Source of the DNA: Coraliomargarita sp. | Lineage (GTDB): Bacteria > Verrucomicrobiota > Verrucomicrobiia > Opitutales > Coraliomargaritaceae | Assembly: GCA_965216325.1 (NCBI GenBank) | Contig: OZ244160.1 | Span: 2,112,001-2,176,000, forward strand | DNA length: 64,000 nucleotides | Direction of reading: 5' to 3' | Shown: piece after piece, positions 7,984 through 17,517 of the stretch | How the letters are laid out: each line of letters starts with the position of its first letter | How positions within the stretch are numbered: the stretch's first letter is position 1 | Program-made: the position numbers and the translations under genes | The notes under the pieces: generated by a model | What the model saw: the letters and a program-made list of their open reading frames with translations, nothing else | Databases searched by the model: none | What the model was told of the DNA's origin: nothing

Positions 7984-10900
7984 ATGAAGCAACCTAGATC
8001 TATCCCCCTGTCTCATCTACTCACTTCACTGATACACTCCAGCCCCTTACGCGAGTATCGGCTTCGTCTACGAAGCCGACATCTCCGAATGCTTGCCTGT
8101 GTCAGTGTGCTCGTGCTTGGAACGTCGCACGCATCCGCGCAGACAGATTCGGATGGCGACGGTATCCCCGACAGTGTGGAAGGCACGATCGATAGCGATG
8201 GTGATGGTGCTTCCAACCATTACGACCTAGACAGTGATGGCGATGGTTTGGCCGACGCGGTGGAAGGTGCGGGGGATGCTGATAGCGATGGCACGGCAAA
8301 CTTTCTTGATTTGGATTCGGACAACGATGGTTACGCCGATGCGCTTGAAGGTGGCTTCGATCGCTACGACCCCGTTGAAGTGCCCAGTAGTTTTTTAGAC
8401 ATTGTCAGTAGCGTCTTGTCGGAGGGCAGTAACGTAGACGAGTCCTTCCTGAACCCGGCCTATCAAAACGATTTAACACTCACTGGAAATGCCGAGGTGC
8501 GCGTCACTTTCATTGATGAAGGTGCAGGCTACCGCAACGCAGTGGGCTATTACACCTTTAGCCAAGACACGTTTGTCGGCTTGACGAAGGCCGATGTGGA
8601 CACCGACGGATCGGGGCGGGTGTCCATCCAGGAGTTTCTGGCAGTGCCAGGGGTTGAAATCGGCTGGGTGTTTCCGAATGCATCCGAGCTCGATAGTAAC
8701 GGTGGTATCTTGGTCCCAGGGGATTCGTATGTTTTGGGCGATGGGCGAATTTTCCCAACCGGAACAAAAGTTGGCTTTTTCCTCATCGCCAGAGGCTGGT
8801 TGGGCAATGGTCAACTGCGCCAGCCAAACAGTGCCGGCACCTCACCGGATGTGATTTTTACCACCGATTTTCTCAACCCAGTGGCAGAGGCCACCGCCGA
8901 CCTGTCCACGGATTCGTCAACCAACCTTAGCCGACAAGTTGCACTGTTGTTTGACGGCCAAGACCGCAGTGAAATTATCGTTGGCTTTGAGGATATCAGC
9001 CGCTTCCGACGCGCAGACGGCAGCGTTGTCGGTGACCAGGATTTCAACGATGCGGTTTTCTCGGTTAAAAGTAATCCCGCGTCCGCGCTTTCGGCTGCCG
9101 GTATCGTAACGGCTAATACCGAAGGCACTGATGCCGATGGTGACGGCGTGCTCGATGCCGATGAACTTCCGGGAGACAGCGATGGCGATGGCACTCCCAA
9201 TGTAAACGACCCGGACGATGATGGAGATGGCATTGTGACCCCCACCGAGGGCACCGATGATGCGGATGGCGACAACACTGCAAATTATTTAGACACCGAC
9301 TCGGATAACGATGGCATCGACGACTCTGTGGAGGGCGCCGTAGACACTGACCTTGATGGCACCTTTGACTTCCTCGACAGCGATAGCGACGGCGACGGTG
9401 TCAGCGATAGTAGCGAGAGCACCGCAGACAGCGACGGAGATGGGATCGCCGACTATGTCGATAGTGATGATGACGGTGATGGCATTCCCACTGCTGTTGA
9501 AGGAACCATTGATAGTGATGGAGACGGCACCGCAAATTACCTTGATGAAGATAGTGATGGCGACGGTTTGACTGACAGCATTGAAAGCAATGTGGACAGC
9601 GATCTGGACGGCACGTCCAACTATCTCGATACAGACTCTGATGCAGATGGTAGTAGTGACGCACTGGAAGGCAGTCTCGACAGTGATAATGACGGGACTG
9701 CCGACTACCTCGACCTCGATAGCGACGCCGATGGCGTGCCCGATGCGGTCGAGGGCGACGTCGACACCGATGGCGATGGCCAAGTTAACCGGGTGGATAC
9801 CGACGATGATGGCGACGGCCTCTCCACCGCGGACGAAGGCATTGCCGATCCGGATGGCGACGGTCTTGCCAACTATTTGGACACCGATAGCAATAACGAT
9901 GGCGAGCCCGATGGCGGCGGCGACGCAGTATTAGTCGCCACCACCAAAGCCATGCAAGTCGGCTTCACCGGCATGCCACTTTCCTCAGGCGAACAGATTG
10001 TCTACACCGTGACGATTGAAAATACCGGTTCCGACCAAGCCACCACCATTGATGTCAGCGGCCTGGTGCCCGCGCATACCGATTACCTTTCCGGCAGCCT
10101 GAGCATCGACGGTCTTGCCGCTGCTGCTGCGCTATCCACAGAGAGCATACTCCGGGTCGATCCGATCCTAGCCGGCGACAGCGTTGTCTTAGAGTATACC
10201 GTTACGCTCTCCGCAGCCATCCCCAGTGATACCACTTGGATCGAGAGCGCGGTGATGGTCGACTACTTGCAAAGTAACACCACCGAGGTTAGCGACAACG
10301 ACACCTCCGGGCATTGCGGCATTCTCGACGATGGCGCAGACCATGTGAGCGATGCAGGCCTCGCCACCGACGACGATGACCCGACACGCCTGCCACTCTG
10401 GGATGCCGCCTATTATGAAAGCTGCACCCTCGCGTTCGAAGACTTGAAAAACGCCGGCTGGAACGATTGGGATATGAACGATCTGGTCCTCGACGTAACG
10501 AGCTTTTACATTGTTAACGCGAACGATGAGATCGAGAGTATGATCGTCACCTATGAGGTCCTCGCGCGTGGGGCCGGTATGGATTCGCAATTACACCTGG
10601 ACCTGAGCTTCAGTGGTACGGCGCATTGGCAACGTATCTTGTTGGACAATACCGGACAGATCGACGAGCTGATCACTGGCACGGGCGAGGGCGCAGTCAG
10701 CATCCAGGCATGGAGCTCTTCCAAAGATGTGCTACCCGCCTATACCACCTTGAAGCACAAGTGGGGTGCTGCACGCACCGAGCGCTTTGACGACTCAGAG
10801 GATAGTAAGGCCGCAGTGATCACCGTTTATTTCAGGGATCCCAGTGCGAACCCCTTAGCCGGCTTCAGTGAGTCGCCGCACGATACCTGGATTCATATAC

Positions 10901-11238
10901 CGTCGACCCAGCAAGACATTCACCGCATCGAATACGATTTAAGCAGTTCGCAAATCGTTTTGGAGGGCCCCTTGTTTGGGCGCAGTATGCCCTTTGCGGT
11001 AAAGCTGGAAACCGCCTTTGTCTGGCCCGCTGAAAATCAGCCTATCTGGCTCTCTCATCCCGACTATGTCGACTATGTGAAGTCCGCAGGAGTTTTGAAC
11101 TCCGATTGGGCCTCCAACTACGATTATTGGCGCGTCTGGTTTGACCGCGAGGGGATGATGAATGGCGGCGTCTACAACCCCGTCTCGGCAGATGATATCT
11201 ATAAAGACTACGTCGATACTTGGACCACTCAGAATTAG
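7984..11238 (+). CDS. Large secreted/surface Ca-binding protein: TSP3-like DxDxDG repeats, DUF4114-like, DUF11-like and C-terminal LruC/DUF4842-like domains
   Basis: Signal-like LACVSVLVLGTSHASA; many DSDGDG repeats; VGFEDISR...DQDFNDAVF; GEQIVYTVTIENTG; LAFEDL...DWDMNDLV. Start is 7984 or 8089. Confidence 0.75.
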   Translation: MKQPRSIPLSHLLTSLIHSSPLREYRLRLRSRHLRMLACVSVLVLGTSHASAQTDSDGDGIPDSVEGTIDSDGDGASNHYDLDSDGDGLADAVEGAGDADSDGTANFLDLDSDNDGYADALEGGFDRYDPVEVPSSFLDIVSSVLSEGSNVDESFLNPAYQNDLTLTGNAEVRVTFIDEGAGYRNAVGYYTFSQDTFVGLTKADVDTDGSGRVSIQEFLAVPGVEIGWVFPNASELDSNGGILVPGDSYVLGDGRIFPTGTKVGFFLIARGWLGNGQLRQPNSAGTSPDVIFTTDFLNPVAEATADLSTDSSTNLSRQVALLFDGQDRSEIIVGFEDISRFRRADGSVVGDQDFNDAVFSVKSNPASALSAAGIVTANTEGTDADGDGVLDADELPGDSDGDGTPNVNDPDDDGDGIVTPTEGTDDADGDNTANYLDTDSDNDGIDDSVEGAVDTDLDGTFDFLDSDSDGDGVSDSSESTADSDGDGIADYVDSDDDGDGIPTAVEGTIDSDGDGTANYLDEDSDGDGLTDSIESNVDSDLDGTSNYLDTDSDADGSSDALEGSLDSDNDGTADYLDLDSDADGVPDAVEGDVDTDGDGQVNRVDTDDDGDGLSTADEGIADPDGDGLANYLDTDSNNDGEPDGGGDAVLVATTKAMQVGFTGMPLSSGEQIVYTVTIENTGSDQATTIDVSGLVPAHTDYLSGSLSIDGLAAAAALSTESILRVDPILAGDSVVLEYTVTLSAAIPSDTTWIESAVMVDYLQSNTTEVSDNDTSGHCGILDDGADHVSDAGLATDDDDPTRLPLWDAAYYESCTLAFEDLKNAGWNDWDMNDLVLDVTSFYIVNANDEIESMIVTYEVLARGAGMDSQLHLDLSFSGTAHWQRILLDNTGQIDELITGTGEGAVSIQAWSSSKDVLPAYTTLKHKWGAARTERFDDSEDSKAAVITVYFRDPSANPLAGFSESPHDTWIHIPSTQQDIHRIEYDLSSSQIVLEGPLFGRSMPFAVKLETAFVWPAENQPIWLSHPDYVDYVKSAGVLNSDWASNYDYWRVWFDREGMMNGGVYNPVSADDIYKDYVDTWTTQN

Positions 11239-11260
11239 TTAGGGTAGTTAGTTAGTTGGA

Positions 11261-11321
11261 GTGCCCACCAGTGCTGAGCAGATGCATCCCCCCTAATGCA
11301 TGCTCAGTGCTGGTTGGGCAC
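11261..11321. repeat. Long GC-rich hairpin after the surface-protein gene
   Basis: GTGCCCACCAGTGCTGAGCA...TGCTCAGTGCTGGTTGGGCAC; no U-tract. Confidence 0.55.
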
Positions 11322-11503
11322 CTTCCTATCGGCCCGCGTCGCCAGACGGGAACCTATTGCAAGCGCTCGAAGGCGACCGCTGTGCGTGGAGATCGCTACT
11401 GCGAGTGTTGGACTTCTGCTCAGTCCCTGCTGGAGAACCTGCTCCTGATTTGACATAGCACGGTGCTACTGGTCCTTTAAATGATCCTAAGCTATAGACA
11501 ATC

Positions 11504-13252
11504 ATGCCGCTACACCTGAGCAATCCCTACACCAAGTTTCTCCTGATCCCGCTGTGCTTACTCGCGCTCCTTACCTGTCTGACCATAAGTGATGTCTATG
11601 CGAGCACGGATGCGGAAACGGTGGATGAGCCGCCAGTGCTTAAACCACTGCGCCAGAGTCGAGCCGCCGAATTAGCTGAGACTTGGGCGACGATTAATGA
11701 GAACGTCGCCAGCCTGCAGCAATTAGAGGAGGAGATCGAGGCTACCAGTGCCAGCATGCGCCAAGTCTTGGAGCGGCGTACCGACACACTGTTTAGTCGC
11801 AGCATCGAACTGTCGCTCGAATTCTGCGAGCAGGTAGCCGACTTGCACGATGCAGGCTTTGACGTGGGCGAGTATCGACAGCATGCCCTCGGGCTCATCG
11901 ATGAAATCCCATCAGGAGTCGAGCGCTCGATTGAGCGTCTGCGCGCGCGTATCGAGATGCCGGACTTCACCAAGTCGGCCTTGGAGCAAATCGCGATCGA
12001 CCGCAAGCTCGTGGATGCGACTCGCCTGTATCGACGAATGAATATGGTCCTCTTGGATACCAGCCGTATTGCGGCTCGCTATGACCTGGATCTGGCGGAC
12101 TTGAAGGCCGATACCCTCGACCACTTGGAGACCAGTGCGATCAATACCTCTGTCTTTCTCGATCTGGCCATCACCGAAGTGCGCAACCTGCGCACCAGCC
12201 TCTCCGTCATGCCCGACGATGCCGAGCTGCAGGCCAAGCTGCGCGTGGCCGAGATCCGCGTGCGCGAGATCATCAAACTACTCACCGACAATGTCGAATC
12301 GCTGCGCGCCGCGGACCTGCCTACTGCTCAATACCAGCGCCAATTACTTGTAGCCACTGGGATGGTGACCACGGTCTCGCTCGACGCCAAGGTCTGGGCC
12401 AACGTCCTACAGGAATGGTGGCACACTGCGCTCCATTTCCTTAAAACCGAGGGGCCCGACTTTCTTTTTCAAGCGCTGTTTTTTGTGCTCATTGTCTATG
12501 GATTTTACCGGCTCGCCGGAGTCGTCGGCTGGCTGGTCGACCGCCTGCTCGAGGCCCGCCATGTCAGACTCTCCCGCTTGATGCAGCAGATGATCGCCTC
12601 GATTGCGCGCAGTATGACCATCCTTTGGGGCCTCTTTATCGCGCTCTCGCAGTTTAATGTCTCGGTCGGACCCATGCTCGCCGGCCTCGGTATCGCTGGT
12701 TTCATTATCGGTTTCGCACTGCAGGACTCTCTGTCCAACTTTGCCTCCGGGATGATGATCCTCTTTTATAAACCCTTCGATGTCGGCGACTCTGTGGTGG
12801 CCGGAGGCGTGCGTGGCAAAGTCAGCTCCATGAGCCTGGTCAATACCACCATTCGCACCTTCGATAACCAATCACTCATTGTTCCCAACAATAAGATCTG
12901 GCAGGATGTCATTACCAACATCACCGATCAGCACATCCGCCGCATCGATATGGAGTTCGGTATCACCTACGATGAAGATATCGAACGCGTTGAAACACTC
13001 CTGCGCGACCTGCTCAAAGAGGATCCACGCGTGCTCAAAGAGCCGGAGTCCCGCATCATGGTCGGCTCCTTCGGCGATTCGTCCGTCAATATCCTCTGTC
13101 GCCCCTGGGTGCGCACCGAAGACTATTGGGAGGTCCACTGGGACTTGAATAAACGCGTCAAGCAAGCCTTCGACCGCGAGGGCATCACCATCCCATTCCC
13201 ACAACGCGACGTGCATCTTTACACGCAACCACCGGCCGAAGAGAACGAGTAG
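11504..13252 (+). CDS. Mechanosensitive channel, MscS family, with long N-terminal helical periplasmic region
   Basis: AGLGIAGFIIGFALQDSLSNFASG, PFDVGD, IVPNNKIW, GITIPFPQRDVH. Confidence 0.92.
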   Translation: MPLHLSNPYTKFLLIPLCLLALLTCLTISDVYASTDAETVDEPPVLKPLRQSRAAELAETWATINENVASLQQLEEEIEATSASMRQVLERRTDTLFSRSIELSLEFCEQVADLHDAGFDVGEYRQHALGLIDEIPSGVERSIERLRARIEMPDFTKSALEQIAIDRKLVDATRLYRRMNMVLLDTSRIAARYDLDLADLKADTLDHLETSAINTSVFLDLAITEVRNLRTSLSVMPDDAELQAKLRVAEIRVREIIKLLTDNVESLRAADLPTAQYQRQLLVATGMVTTVSLDAKVWANVLQEWWHTALHFLKTEGPDFLFQALFFVLIVYGFYRLAGVVGWLVDRLLEARHVRLSRLMQQMIASIARSMTILWGLFIALSQFNVSVGPMLAGLGIAGFIIGFALQDSLSNFASGMMILFYKPFDVGDSVVAGGVRGKVSSMSLVNTTIRTFDNQSLIVPNNKIWQDVITNITDQHIRRIDMEFGITYDEDIERVETLLRDLLKEDPRVLKEPESRIMVGSFGDSSVNILCRPWVRTEDYWEVHWDLNKRVKQAFDREGITIPFPQRDVHLYTQPPAEENE

Positions 13253-13281
13253 TATCAATTCCATAAAGGTCTGGCCTGAAA

Positions 13282-13412
13282 TACCCCTCCCACCTGCCCT
13301 TCAACAAGCTCAGGGCAGGCGAGCCTGTCGAACTGCAAGCGGGATGACCTCTCCTTGGCAGGGAAGGAGTTCCTTAAGCTCACTTCTTTCCTGAGATGAG
13401 CCTGTCGAATCT
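13282..13412. repeat. DUF559-type repeat with nested CCCTTC(A)ACAAGCTCAGGGCAGGC / GAGCCTGTCGAA inserts
   Basis: Ends in CCTTGGCAGGGAAGGAGT, identical to the end of 13953-14007. Confidence 0.65.
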
Positions 13413-13475
13413 GTTGAGCATATCCTTATACACATCTTTGACTTTTTAATTTAACGCTAAAAATGGACTATATAA

Positions 13476-13529
13476 AGCTCCTCCCCAGCCAAGGGGAGGT
13501 GTCTGCGCAAGCAGACGGAGGGGTTTTCG
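13476..13529 (+). repeat. Left flanking double-hairpin repeat of the DUF559 gene
   Basis: CTCCTCCCCAGCCAAGGGGAGGTGTCTGCGCAAGCAGACGGAGGGG. Confidence 0.8.
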
Positions 13530-13565
13530 CTGGTAATGGCTATCCCTGGAAGTAATTTGTAAGGT

Positions 13566-13943
13566 ATGTCTGTTGGTGACCAAAAGCGACTCAACAACTT
13601 CCCTGCGCTAAAGCACTTCCGTAGAAAACTACGGAGACATATGACGCCTGCTGAAGCAAAACTCTGGACTTACCTGAAAGGCAAACAACTCGAAGGTCGA
13701 AAGTTTCGTCGCCAGCACAGTGTCAGCCAGTATATTTTGGATTTTTACTGTCCAGCATCAAAGCTGGCCATTGAACTGGACGGGCAGGCGCATAACAGCG
13801 CGATGGCTGCCGAATACGACCACGAACGCACACGCTTCCTTGAAGCGACAGGCATTCAAGTGATTCGATTTGAAAACAAGACTGTCTTCGACCACCCTGA
13901 GTGGGTCTTAGAACAGATTCGCATGGCAGTTAACAAAAGCTGA
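13566..13943 (+). CDS. DUF559 family (Vsr-like, PD-(D/E)xK) endonuclease
   Basis: LRRHMTPAEAKLW, KFRRQH, ILDFYC, LAIELDG..H, VIRFEN. Confidence 0.9.
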   Translation: MSVGDQKRLNNFPALKHFRRKLRRHMTPAEAKLWTYLKGKQLEGRKFRRQHSVSQYILDFYCPASKLAIELDGQAHNSAMAAEYDHERTRFLEATGIQVIRFENKTVFDHPEWVLEQIRMAVNKS

Positions 13944-13952
13944 GGCTCGGCC

Positions 13953-14007
13953 CGAAACCCTTCCGTCTGCGACAAGCGCAGCCACCTTCCCTTGGCAGGG
14001 AAGGAGT
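13953..14007 (-). repeat. Right flanking double-hairpin repeat of the DUF559 gene (inverted)
   Basis: CCCTTCCGTCTGCGACAAGCGCAGCCACCTTCCCTTGGCAGGGAAGGAG is approximately the reverse complement of 13476-13529. Confidence 0.8.
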
Positions 14008-14059
14008 CATTTAGTGATCACTCCGCTGCCCCTCCGACTTCTGTATAAGGATATGCTTG

Positions 14060-14233
14060 TCGAGACGGGGTGGATTGCCTGCCGTGAGCTTGTCGAAGGG
14101 TCAAAGGTGCGAGGCGAGACGGGGTGGTGCTCTGTCTCTATTCAGGAAGTTGACGACCTAAGAATGCAAGCACTCCCTTAAGCTCCCCTCCTTGTCGAGG
14201 AGGGGTGGATCGCGGAGCGAGACGGGGTGGTGC
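14060..14233. repeat. Two related hairpin repeats (CTCCCCTCCTTGTCGAGGAGGGGTGGATCGC...GAGACGGGGTGGTGC); the first has a nested GAGCTTGTCGAAGGG insert
   Basis: 14181-14233 is approximately the reverse complement of 43429-43480. Confidence 0.75.
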
Positions 14234-14273
14234 TTCTAAGGTGAGATCCTTTTTACACAATCAAGCCGCGGCG

Positions 14274-14663
14274 CTACTTGAAACGAATCGCCTGCGCGCT
14301 CAGGCGTTTCACGACGCGGGAGGTCACAAACTCTCCGCCGCCCGCAGCCGGGTCGCTGCTGGTGGCCAACTCGGATTCCGTTTCCTGCAAGATGATCCCC
14401 TCGGCACCGACCGACATGGCTTTCTGTTTGAGCGACTCGAGCAGCGCGGCTGCATCCATGGTATCGCTGGTTGCCGAGACGACGCCGATCACCGTGTGCG
14501 GGCGGGCCGGCTTTGTCTCGAACACTTCAACCGCTTGCGTGGCCTCAAAGCTCACGTCGGGATCGACCGCCTCATAGTGAGTGGACGCGCAGCCGGAGAG
14601 CAGTAACAGGCCGAGCACGGCCAAGGAAATACGTAGGGTGGTTTGAATCGAGTGAGGCTTCAT
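14274..14663 (-). CDS. Putative lipoprotein (YbjQ-like fold possible)
   Basis: Lipobox LLLSGC; LKQKAMSVGAEGIIL. Confidence 0.65.
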   Translation of the reverse strand: MKPHSIQTTLRISLAVLGLLLLSGCASTHYEAVDPDVSFEATQAVEVFETKPARPHTVIGVVSATSDTMDAAALLESLKQKAMSVGAEGIILQETESELATSSDPAAGGGEFVTSRVVKRLSAQAIRFK

Positions 14664-14744
14664 GACTTGGGGAGTCTTCAAACAGTGTCGAAGGCAGTCG
14701 CGCGATGCGAGGCTATTTACGGATTCAGGGGAAGAATGAAGCAC

Positions 14745-14821
14745 GTAGGGGCGTTGCTTGCGACGCCCGCCGCGTCAGAGTCGCCGTTCCAGACTGCGGG
14801 CTTCGCAAGCAAAGCCCCTAC
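14745..14821. repeat. GTAG-type REP doublet (REPIN-like)
   Basis: GTAGGGGCGTTGCTTGCGACGCCCGC...GCGGGCTTCGCAAGCAAAGCCCCTAC; sister copy at 48602-48675. Confidence 0.8.
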
Positions 14822-15358
14822 AATTAAACGCATAGGCATTAGCACCTCAAGTTAGGGCCATTGCGGATTCAGGGTTCTTTACCCGCGAATGTTTGAGTCG
14901 CACAGGCACGTGTCAGACCTAACTTGGCTTTAGTAAACGGTAGGGACGCCTGCCTCTAGGCGTCCGGGATCTCATCTAACTGCAGCGGACGTCGTTGCAG
15001 AGGAGCAGCGCTCGTATAATATGTCGCGGATTCGGTCGAAAGATACGAAGCCAACACTTGGATCTTTATATTTTGCGTTCGACCCCTTTTAGCCTCCCAT
15101 GATTGACGCATACCATCACTAATTGACGCTAATGATTGAGTCGCACGGGCATCTTGCCTGTGTTTTTAAGTGATGATGTTGGGGTGTTAAAATTGCTAAA
15201 AGCCAAAGGGTAAGTCGTGATTGCGGAGCTGATTAGCTCTGATGTATTTGGTTTCTCGATTCAGGCCGTGGACGGGTGTGACGTATGTTTATTTTAAGCC
15301 TTTGTTCTTGATAGTCCTCTTGGTACTCGGGCTCTGGTTGATTGACTAGCTGCTGCGC

Positions 15359-15787
15359 TCAATCTTCCAGCGGAATTTTGTGGAAATCGCACCACGAGCG
15401 GAGTGCTTTACGCTGGGCTGTTTCCTCAAACTCATACCACCTATCAAGCAAATCGTTGCTTTCGAGCCAGTTCTTCCAGCGGCGGTAGGCGCCTTTTCCT
15501 CGAAATAGCTCGCGAATTTTGGGTTCCAGGCCGGGGATTTGAGCGCGCACAAATTCCCAGACGCATTGGGTGCCAAGGTTCAAGTCAAACTTGTCGGGTA
15601 TATGCAGGTAGTTGTTATCTAAGTCGATATCCTCAACGGGGCAGGGCTCTCCCGTGATCTCCTCATTGTTATAAACAACTTCTCCGCTTAGTTTAGAAAC
15701 GTAGGCATGCATTTCGTCGGAGCCATCGCAGATGTCATAGGCCCATTCAATTTCATCAAACTTACTGCGTTGTGGAGTATCACTCAT
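15359..15787 (-). CDS. UPF0158 family protein
   Basis: IPDKFDLNLG, FRGKGAYRRWK, WYEFEE..LRSWC. Confidence 0.75.
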   Translation of the reverse strand: MSDTPQRSKFDEIEWAYDICDGSDEMHAYVSKLSGEVVYNNEEITGEPCPVEDIDLDNNYLHIPDKFDLNLGTQCVWEFVRAQIPGLEPKIRELFRGKGAYRRWKNWLESNDLLDRWYEFEETAQRKALRSWCDFHKIPLED

Positions 15788-15808
15788 CGTATCAATTCGG
15801 AATGGTTG

Positions 15809-15958
15809 CTAGCCAAAGAAACAGTAGTCTTCATCTTTGTGGATGACAGTCACCGATTCGAGTCTGCTGGAATGCGTGAAGATTCCCCGCACGGCCCAGT
15901 CAATGAACAGAACGATGATCGCTTCGATGCAGTAGGTGATGCGTTTGGGGAGTTTCAT
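15809..15958 (-). CDS. Small hypothetical protein, 49 aa (not in the ORF track)
   Basis: MKLPKRITYCIEAIIVLFIDWAVRG...FFG*; fills the gap between two co-oriented genes. Confidence 0.35.
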   Translation of the reverse strand: MKLPKRITYCIEAIIVLFIDWAVRGIFTHSSRLESVTVIHKDEDYCFFG

Positions 15959-15999
15959 GCCAGAAAAGTTATCGAAGGCATCCAAGTCTTGATGAGTGA

Positions 16000-16764
16000 T
16001 TAGGCAAGGCTTGGTTTCTTAGCTGCCTTCTTAGCCGTTTTCTTTTTCGCAGCCTTTTTTGTGGGTGCTTTTTTCAGGCGGACTTGAAAGAACTTCTGCC
16101 CGTTGTTGTCCACGGACCTTGTTTCGAATAGATCAATTGCGCTGAATAAGTCACTGAGCTTTGCATAGCCATAGGTGCGGTGGTCGAAGGGGCTCTGGTT
16201 GGCGATGTGGGAGCCCACCGGACCAAGCCGTGCCCAACCGTCCTCGTCCTGAGCAGCCTCCACTGCGTTGCGGAACGCATTCATTAGCTTCGTGTTTCCC
16301 TTGAGTTCGTTGGCTGATTTCCGTTTCGTGGGGCCCCCGTCGAGATAGACGAACTGGCTGCAGCTGTTCACGAACGCGCTGGGTGCTTTCTGGTCGCCGA
16401 ATCCGATCACCCGTTTCCCTCCGGCGCGCAAGCGTTGGCAGAGTGGGTTGAAGTCGCAGTCGGACGTCACCAATCCAAAGACCTGCACGTCGTTGGTGTA
16501 GAGGATGTCCATGGCATCGATCAACAGAGCCATATCGGAGGCATTCTTGCCCTTGGTCAGGTCAAAGAGTTGCACCGGCTGAATGGAGTGCTCGTGCAAC
16601 ACCTTCTCCCAACCGGAGAGCTCGGACTTTTTCCAATTGCCATAGGCTTTGCGGATATTGACGGTCCCATACGATGCCAGTTCGGAGATGATGAATTCGA
16701 TTTTTGCTGCCGGCGCATTGTCCGCGTCGATCAACAGGGCGATACTTTCGTTGGTGTTGGGCAT
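16000..16764 (-). CDS. NYN domain protein with OST-HTH/LOTUS domain and Lys/Ala-rich tail
   Basis: LIDADN, GKNASDMALLIDAMD, SDCDFNPL; FDHRTYGYAKLSDL. Confidence 0.9.
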   Translation of the reverse strand: MPNTNESIALLIDADNAPAAKIEFIISELASYGTVNIRKAYGNWKKSELSGWEKVLHEHSIQPVQLFDLTKGKNASDMALLIDAMDILYTNDVQVFGLVTSDCDFNPLCQRLRAGGKRVIGFGDQKAPSAFVNSCSQFVYLDGGPTKRKSANELKGNTKLMNAFRNAVEAAQDEDGWARLGPVGSHIANQSPFDHRTYGYAKLSDLFSAIDLFETRSVDNNGQKFFQVRLKKAPTKKAAKKKTAKKAAKKPSLA

Positions 16765-16831
16765 GATGAGAGATCAGCAGACCACCAGACAGTTGGCTAA
16801 CAAATATTTAAAATGCTTTTCTAGCCCCGCA

Positions 16832-17152
16832 TCAATCTGCCCAGTCGGTAAACCGCTTTTTCTTTAATTTTCCATCGCTCTGCAATTCGACGGTGCAGGG
16901 TAGGTAGAGCAGACCGTTTTCGTAATGCACTGTCGGGTCATTGAATCGCTGCTTCATTGCTTTGGACAAAGCTACAAGCTTTCTATGCTGGGCTCGCGCG
17001 CCGAAGATGCCTGTGCGGGCGGAACTATTGTAGCGGTCAATCAGCTCCGCGTCGGAGAGGGCTGCCAGTTCGGTGGCCTCTTTGATGATCTCTGCCTCGT
17101 CGTGAAGCGTCGGCAGATAGATTGCTTTGAGTTTACTGCGTATTTGGGCCAT
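16832..17152 (-). CDS. Hypothetical protein
   Basis: ATG 17152 preceded by AGAAGGAAG; co-oriented with its neighbours. Confidence 0.55.
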   Translation of the reverse strand: MAQIRSKLKAIYLPTLHDEAEIIKEATELAALSDAELIDRYNSSARTGIFGARAQHRKLVALSKAMKQRFNDPTVHYENGLLYLPCTVELQSDGKLKKKRFTDWAD

Positions 17153-17163
17153 GTTTCTTCCTT

Positions 17164-17517
17164 CTAGTAGCGGTTCAGCCACCAGGCTTGGCTGTCGATA
17201 TCGAGTTCATCGCTGGCCTTGGCCGATCGAATCTGCTGCGTGAAGTGATTGAGTTGCTGTTGGTCGGGTGGTGGGCCCCCGGCCAGGTGGATGAGCCTGC
17301 GTTGCAGATCTTCTGCCGATGTATCGCTCGTGATGCCAGTTTCCTTGCCGCCGCGTTCCACGTAGGCCCAGTAGGCTATTGGCTCCCCCTGGCTGCCGTT
17401 GCGGTAGCGCCGTTCGATAAAGCCAGCGAGGGTATACACCGCGATGACTTTGGCTTTCAGGCTATGGCCTGCTTGCTCGGTTTCGGCCGCCTCAAAGTGA
17501 TAGATTGGCTGGCTCAT
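17164..17517 (-). CDS. Hypothetical protein
   Basis: AGGAGG RBS; ATGA overlap with the upstream ORF. Confidence 0.65.
   Translation of the reverse strand: MSQPIYHFEAAETEQAGHSLKAKVIAVYTLAGFIERRYRNGSQGEPIAYWAYVERGGKETGITSDTSAEDLQRRLIHLAGGPPPDQQQLNHFTQQIRSAKASDELDIDSQAWWLNRY

Noticed and set aside
9100..9930. Periodic GAYAGYGAYGGYGAYGG repeats as a possible CRISPR or DNA repeat array
   Set aside because: In-frame DxDxDG protein repeats with synonymous variation; no constant repeat-spacer pattern
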